A stretch of DNA of 64,000 bases from Amoebophrya sp. A120 (taxonomy: Eukaryota > Protista > Dinoflagellata), in the NCBI GenBank assembly GCA_905178155.1, contig CAJINV010000007.1:1124627-1188626 (forward strand). Reading direction: 5' to 3'. The notes beneath the pieces were generated by a model that saw nothing but the letters and a program-made list of their open reading frames with translations, was not told the origin of the DNA and ran no database searches. A program made the translations under genes and the position numbers. Positions 58,113 to 64,000 of this stretch are shown piece by piece. Each line of letters opens with the position of its first letter. The stretch's first letter is position 1.

Positions 58113-61100
58113 TCACCCCAGCCTCGCCCGCTTGGCCGACTCTGCCGCGAACCAGATGTGGCCCTGGGTTTGCGACACGTCGTAGCGTTTCACCGGATCC
58201 TGCTGCATAAGATTGCGGATTATCAACTGTAAAAATGTCTGGGTCTGGAAGAGTCATGCTGTTTCTGCATGACACAGAAGGTCTGTCATGGAGGCTCTAG
58301 CATCACAGGTTTCGAGAAGCTTCCGCAATGCCGAACCCGCATGACAAATCCCCCATTTTGGTGACAGAAAGTGAGCAGCTTTTGCTACCTATGCATGAGA
58401 GATTTTTGTGTGTTCTGAAATGCGCATCACAAGTTGCATTCTCCCAGACCCAGAAATTTTTACACTACATACGGATCAAGTCCTTGGCCTCCTCGGGCAC
58501 GTGAATCCACTCCTCTTCGTCGAAGGAGTAGTCGCTCGACAAAATTTGGGTGTACAGCCCCTCGTCGTCAAACGGCGGGGTGGCGGAAAGGAGGATGTAC
58601 AAAATCACCCCCGCAGACCACATGTCCGCCTTGGTGTCGTAACCTGAAGGTGGAATAGCAGGTGTAGTTATTTCTCTGTGTGCAAGAAGTTCTTCTATGT
58701 TACAACAAATAACAGTAGATTTGTAATAAATGCATGCGAACAAAGTGCGCTTTCGGGTCGTGTCGATCCGCGTTCTTGTGAACTTGCCGCTAACAAAGCA
58801 ATGTTAAGCCACAGCAAATAAAACCCAAACCCAAAGTGCTGATTTTGTCATAGGAGCAACTCTAGACAAGCAAATAATTACCTCTCAGCTCCCCCCGTTG
58901 CGTCTTGATGATTTCCGGGGCGAAGTAGTGCGGTGTGCCGCAGAAGGTCTTCGCCGTGGTCAGCTTCCGCTTGAGATTGTCCTTTTCGCTGGGTTTTTTC
59001 CCCTTTTGGTCCCCCTCCTCGATCCGGCTCGGCTCCAATTCCCGCGCGAGCCCAAAATCGGCGACCTTGGCGGTGGCGTCCTCGTTCTTGTTGGTGAGCA
59101 GGATGTTCTCCGGCTTCAGGTCCCGGTGGATGATGTCCCGGTCGTGCAAGTACTGCAGCGCCTCCAGGATTTCGTTAAACACGCGCTTGGTGGTGGCCTC
59201 CGAGAACACCCCGTAATCCAGAACCCGCTGCAGCAGATCGCCGCCCTCGCAGTACTCCGTCACTAAATATAGTTTTTCCTGCTCGGGCACCATCTCGAAA
59301 AACTGCACAATGTTCGGGTGGTGCAGCTCGCGCAGGAGCTTCTCCTCGCACTCCAAATCCAAAGTGGTGTTGCGGTTCAAAATGAACTTCTCGAACTTGG
59401 ACTTGTCGATCTCCTTGATCGCGTACTTCTGGCTTGTGGCCTCCTTGCCGTTTCGAAAACCCAGCCAGACCACCGCGAAGTTACCCTTCCCGATCTCTTT
59501 CTTGAAGGTGTATGGGAGTGTCAGGATCAAAATCAACAAAATCGAAATAATCTGTAATGCATAAAATGCTACGCAAGACGCGACTCTATTGCAGAGGATG
59601 CAAGGAAGGCGGATTGTAGTCCTGGTAAGGGTTCAGTGTTGGGCTGCTTACTAGCATGAGAGAAGGCAGCTCTTTTGCCCTAAGCCGCATGACAGATTCG
59701 TTTCCGGGACGGATGGAATTTGTCATGCGCCGACTACAAACTGTGGATCTAACTGGCATCGATTTGTGCATCACAAGTTTTTCGATTTTGTCAATTTCGT
59801 TTCTGACACTTCCATAAGGTGTACTTCTCTTGTATCTCCTTTTCCTTCACGACCTCGTAGAAAAAGAATTGCAACCCGCTCCCGGGAACGAACTCGTAGT
59901 CCGTGCCGCTGTTTTTTTTTTCATCGATCTGTTTTTTTGCAATGACAAGCAAAGGCTGGAACTGGCTCCAACTTCATTTCTCAGATTGCTCTCAGCATTG
60001 AACTATACAAAAACACAGATTTTTAGATACACGGATGACAGATAGTAAAGAATTAATTACCCTTCTGGCAGCGTGGTTTCAAGCCCGAAGCTGACGGAGT
60101 CCCCCGAGCTGAGCGGTCTGGGGGCGCCTTTTGCGATCTGTTTATCGTTCATGAGGACGCCATTTGTCGACGTGTCAGTGAGGTACCAATGGGAGCCGTG
60201 CACGTCCAGTGTGCGCGTGATTTCCAGATGTGAGCCGGAAACCATGGGAACTGAGCGTGGAGGTATGCACTGCAAATTTGTCTGGGTCTCGAAATAATAC
60301 TGACCTATACATAATGTCAAATCTGTGTTGCATGACCAGCAAAAGTCGTAGCCTCTTTGGTCATTGTAGACCAAGATATGAAATCCTTCAGGATCATACG
60401 TCAAACAAATTCCTCCGACCTAAGTCGAATGCTCATTCATGCAAATCACGATGTCAATCACGATGCTCATGAAGAGAAATCAAGATGGAGTGCATTCAAG
60501 TCCCGATTGGTATATCAAATCATAATGTGAGGATCGCATGCTATGCGCGATCTGATTTAGAGTAAATTTTTGGACAGTTTGGACCTTCATGTTGGACCCA
60601 TGGCGTACCCCCTTACAGGCTGTGACGATAGTACCACTATCGATTGGCTGCGACTAAGAAACGCCGAATCTCGCCTAGATTCTACTTCAAACTTAAGATG
60701 GCCAGTGTTCACACCGCCCGCGTTTCTTCGTCGTTGATTGTCGTAACCGTTGAGGGGTTGACAGTCATATAAAGACGCAGTTTCTCTTCATGCGGACTGC
60801 TCATGAGAAGCCGTTCTGTAAACTTGATGTCATGATTGGCTGCATTCGGCAGTGCTTTCATATTCCACAATGCAGCATCGCAGCTTTCCAGACCCAGACA
60901 TATTTGCACTTGATATGAGGTCGCCAGTCGCAATACAACCCGTTCGGCTCACAGAGCTCCTCTTTAAACCTGACAGAATTTATTAGAGAGCACAAGTATC
61001 TATTACACTACGAAAAAAAAAGAATTGCGCGCGCGCTTCTTAAGGTGAGCGGGAAAAATCCTCCCGCATACTGCTAAGCAATCCAAGAAGGTAAGAATAT

Positions 61101-62096
61101 CTGCAGACATGTGGAACACCTCTGCACACCAGATGACGTCTCACCACCCGTTTTAGCAGTGATACGAAAAAAAAACTACAGAAAGCACCGGAATTATGCT
61201 GCAGAACAAGATTTCAAAATATCTGTGTACCTTTTGTTTCTCCCCAGCACGATTTTGTCTTTGATTTCGGCATCTGCCACGTTTGGCACCTTGCCTTTGG
61301 ACTCCCCCAGCTGCTGCTTGTAGATGGTTTTGTCGAGTGGGTTTTCCAAAATGTACCACCGGTTCGGGTGCTTGTCGCAGGACCCCTTGGTTTTCCCGTC
61401 CGGCCGGGAGGGCGGGAAGTTCTGGCCCAGCTCCAAGTAGGCCACTGCGAACTCCGGATGTTTGTAGTCCCCCCACACCGCGTTCACCCGCTGCGTGGGC
61501 GCGGTGGGCCCCGAGTCCTGCACCGCACTGGAGCTCCTGCCGCCCTGCGGGTGCGGCGTCGACGTCTTCTGCACGGGCGCAAGAACTACGTGGCTGTTGT
61601 AATTGGTGCTGCTGCTACTCGACGAACTGCTCCCCCCGCCGGCTTCAGCTGAAGGCGTGAATTTTACCGATTTTTTTTCCTTGCTCGGCTTCTCTTTCCC
61701 GGTATCGCCCACGCGCTCCACGACGGGCGGCTGCACGAAGGTCCCCGCGGAAAGAGCGGTGGACACGCTTCCCTGTGGGGCGATCGAGCCTGTAGTTCGT
61801 TGTGGAACGAGATTTTTTTTTGTAGTATATCTTCTCCTGTCAGACCACCTCAGATCGGTTGTTCTTGAAGAATTTCTGTAATTTTGTTTGTAACTTCTAC
61901 ATCAGATCAAACACGCGGGGGCGCGTCGAACTCTGCCAAATTGCATACTACCTTGACTTTGCACGTCCGACATGCGGTCGGAATCCTTGGGGCTGGGAGC
62001 CAGGCTGGCGTTCGTGCTGTAGGTTGTCATACCCATTTTATCGTCGCCCGGGGAGGCCTTCAGCGCCGGCCGACTGTTATCCTCGTCGACTTCCAT
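58113..62096 (-). CDS. CHK2/Rad53-like FHA-domain Ser/Thr kinase (CAMK group)
   Basis: FHA motifs LGR...VSGSH...TSTNG; kinase motifs IGKGNFAVV, YAIKEI, HRDLKPEN, DFG, CGTPHYFAPE, DMWSAGVI, AKDLIR/NLMQQDPVKR; three TIR introns plus four GT-AG introns. Confidence 0.88.
58221..58471. mobile_element. TIR introner, family A, 251 bp
   Basis: tatcaactgtaaaaatgtctgggtctgg ... ccagacccagaaatttttacactacata; perfect TSD cggat; excision rebuilds kinase subdomain XI. Confidence 0.93.
59511..59816. mobile_element. TIR introner, family E, 306 bp
   Basis: tatgggagtgtcag ... ctgacacttccata; perfect TSD aggtg; excision gives QEKYT/FKKEIGKG. Confidence 0.92.
60264..60915. mobile_element. long TIR introner, family A, 652 bp
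   Basis: tatgcactgcaaatttgtctgggtct ... agacccagacatatttgcacttgata; TSD ggagg/tgagg; excision rebuilds the FHA domain (DWRP/QRSVPMVSGSH). Confidence 0.85.
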
Positions 62097-63902
62097 GATT
62101 TTACTTTCCTAGGAGCTTTTGCTTCCTGCGTGTAAAATTCTGTTTCTCCGCGGGAAACACTTGCGGCAAACAATACTCCTCGCGGCTAACAACTACTTAT
62201 AGCTGTCTACTTCATTAATATCGCCTTTCTACTATATTTCATGCAGATATGTGGCTTTTGTTACTATGAAATCACTAGACTGAGTCTAACTCAAAACTGA
62301 AACTTGGTCTATGCATGCTACTCGCGCATTCTTTTCCTCTTTGTTCGCTGTCTGTCGTGTTCGCTTTTGCTTCCGATCACTATCTACCGCACCACAAAAG
62401 ATCATGCGAACGACGACCATCACTTATCTAAGTAAAGCTAGCCCAGACCACAGGGCGGTTCCATCCCTGTGCCTAGTACTGCACTCCACAAACTTGCTTT
62501 GCAGTTTTCTCAATAGTAGTTTTGTGAAATAAATTCAGCTCCTGATCTTGAAGCCGACCGTCCCGCCAGCACGAGTAGAACTCACGTAACGACTTGGAGC
62601 ACCATGCAGTACAGATCCTCGCACAACCTTTCCTTTGCAAAATAAATCACATTGTTTTTACTGCTTCTTACTTTTCACCTGAGTAAACGCTTTCTTTCAA
62701 AATCGAGACTCGTGCTGGTTCCGATGAAGAAAACACGAAGACACCATTCGATACAACTGGTACAACTGACTCCTGCGCAACATCAATTTTCGCCATAGCT
62801 GCTAATCGAAGTACTTATTCCATTCACAATTTCTGGGCACTACTGCAAAGTGCGAGTGCGCGAAATTTGACGACACGACGAAAAAAGTACTTTGTCCAAG
62901 ACAGAAGATGACACATACGCCACATACGACCGCTTTAGCTCTTCCAGAGACACAGAGCACTGTACATGACTTGACAAGTCCAACCTGAACCGAATGGAAA
63001 GAACGACGAAAAGGCACAGTGTCGTACTTTTTGCCGCCGCTGTCAGAACTGTGATCGAATTGTCAGCTCGAGTACTATCCTTCACCATGATACAAAGATT
63101 GCCACGATGAATCCTTTCTATTTCTATAATGCACCTATCATGATAATTCCCATCGATAGCGAACAACGCTTCACAGTGCAAGGATCTTCACTTTGCGAGT
63201 ATAAATATCTCCACACAGAAATGCGGAAAGCAAAGGGTCGTGCGCATTTGCGCCACTTGTGAAAAATGTAATTCAAATCAATTTCGGTTCCTCGGGGTGT
63301 TACTTTCTATAAAATGTCCTATGCACGAACAAAAATTTCCGTGTCATTCATCGTGAAAGTACTCGTCTAGCTTACTACTGAGGTAGTTACCAGCGTGGTT
63401 ACCAGTGTGGTGATCAGGCATCGCGTTGCACTTTGGCACCTTGGGATACAAGGCGCAGCAGCAGCCGCAGTGAGTCCTGATCTTCTTGGAACTTTAATTT
63501 TCTCTGTGGGTTCTTTCTTTTTGTATGTTGCTGGCGAAACATCAGCATCAAGAAAAAATATTGTATGTGCTGCGCAAAATGATAAAAAAACTAGATTAGA
63601 TACTTTATCGTGTATGTGCGTGTGAATACATGCTTTGAATTTTGTGCTCTGATGTGTAATCAAACATGGAAAAAACTTATGAAATACAATCTCGTGTGCT
63701 TAATGTATGTGATTTGAAACTTTAGAAAGTTTCACGCGTTACCATCAATCAAACCTTTTTGCCAAGTAGCATAGGCAGTATATGTAAGACGAGGACTTCG
63801 AGCCAGGGTCGGTACTACTCACTCCTACGAGGCGCGGCAGAGTAAGTAGGCCTGCTGCCCTGATGATAATTCAGGATTGACGCATTATCGGCGCAAAAAA
63901 AT

Positions 63903-64000
63903 TTATGTCTGGTTTTTCCGCTTCGCCCGGGCGGCCGCGACTTGGAGGATGATTTCCTCTTCGTCTTCCTCATCCGTGTCGAGATACTCGTAATTGTTGT
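63903..64000 (-). CDS. 3' end of a gene entering from beyond the window
   Basis: open frame NNYEYLDTDEEDEEEIILQVAAARAKRKNQT*. Confidence 0.45.
   Translation of the reverse strand, partial: NNYEYLDTDEEDEEEIILQVAAARAKRKNQT

Noticed and set aside
25078-60915. Recurring 'LPDPDIFT' peptide in several ORFs as a protein motif or CRISPR-like repeat
   Set aside because: It is the translation of the family A TIR; copies are dispersed inverted pairs, not a spaced array
37520-62096. SNM1-like nuclease and CHK2-like kinase as a DNA-repair module serving introner mobility
   Set aside because: They are 15 kb apart with unrelated genes between them; both are ordinary eukaryotic genes and are themselves insertion targets

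Overview
Eukaryotic, gene-dense window. Every supportable gene (about 17) lies on the minus strand. The architecture fits a parasitic dinoflagellate of the Amoebophrya type; this is inferred from unidirectional genes, low-complexity-expanded proteins and inverted-repeat non-canonical introns. Recognisable genes: a CD109/alpha-2-macroglobulin-like thioester protein (TEP), RRP12, an SNM1/Artemis-family beta-CASP nuclease, an FkbM-type methyltransferase, a SAXO/FAM154-like microtubule protein and a CHK2-like FHA kinase. There are two main observations. (1) Fourteen MITE-like elements (145-652 bp, typically TAT...ATA termini, terminal inverted repeats, 5-bp target-site duplications, many with an internal GCATGACA motif) interrupt the coding sequence of five genes. 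Removing the element plus one TSD restores the reading frame in every case, yet no GT-AG pair is available, so they behave as transposon-derived non-canonical introns (introners). (2) An intronless, animal-type TEP gene with an intact GCGEQ motif and a GPI-like tail sits between two diverged ~550-bp direct repeats, one of which is the upstream region of the neighbouring gene. All calls were made by eye from the sequence; no searches were run.
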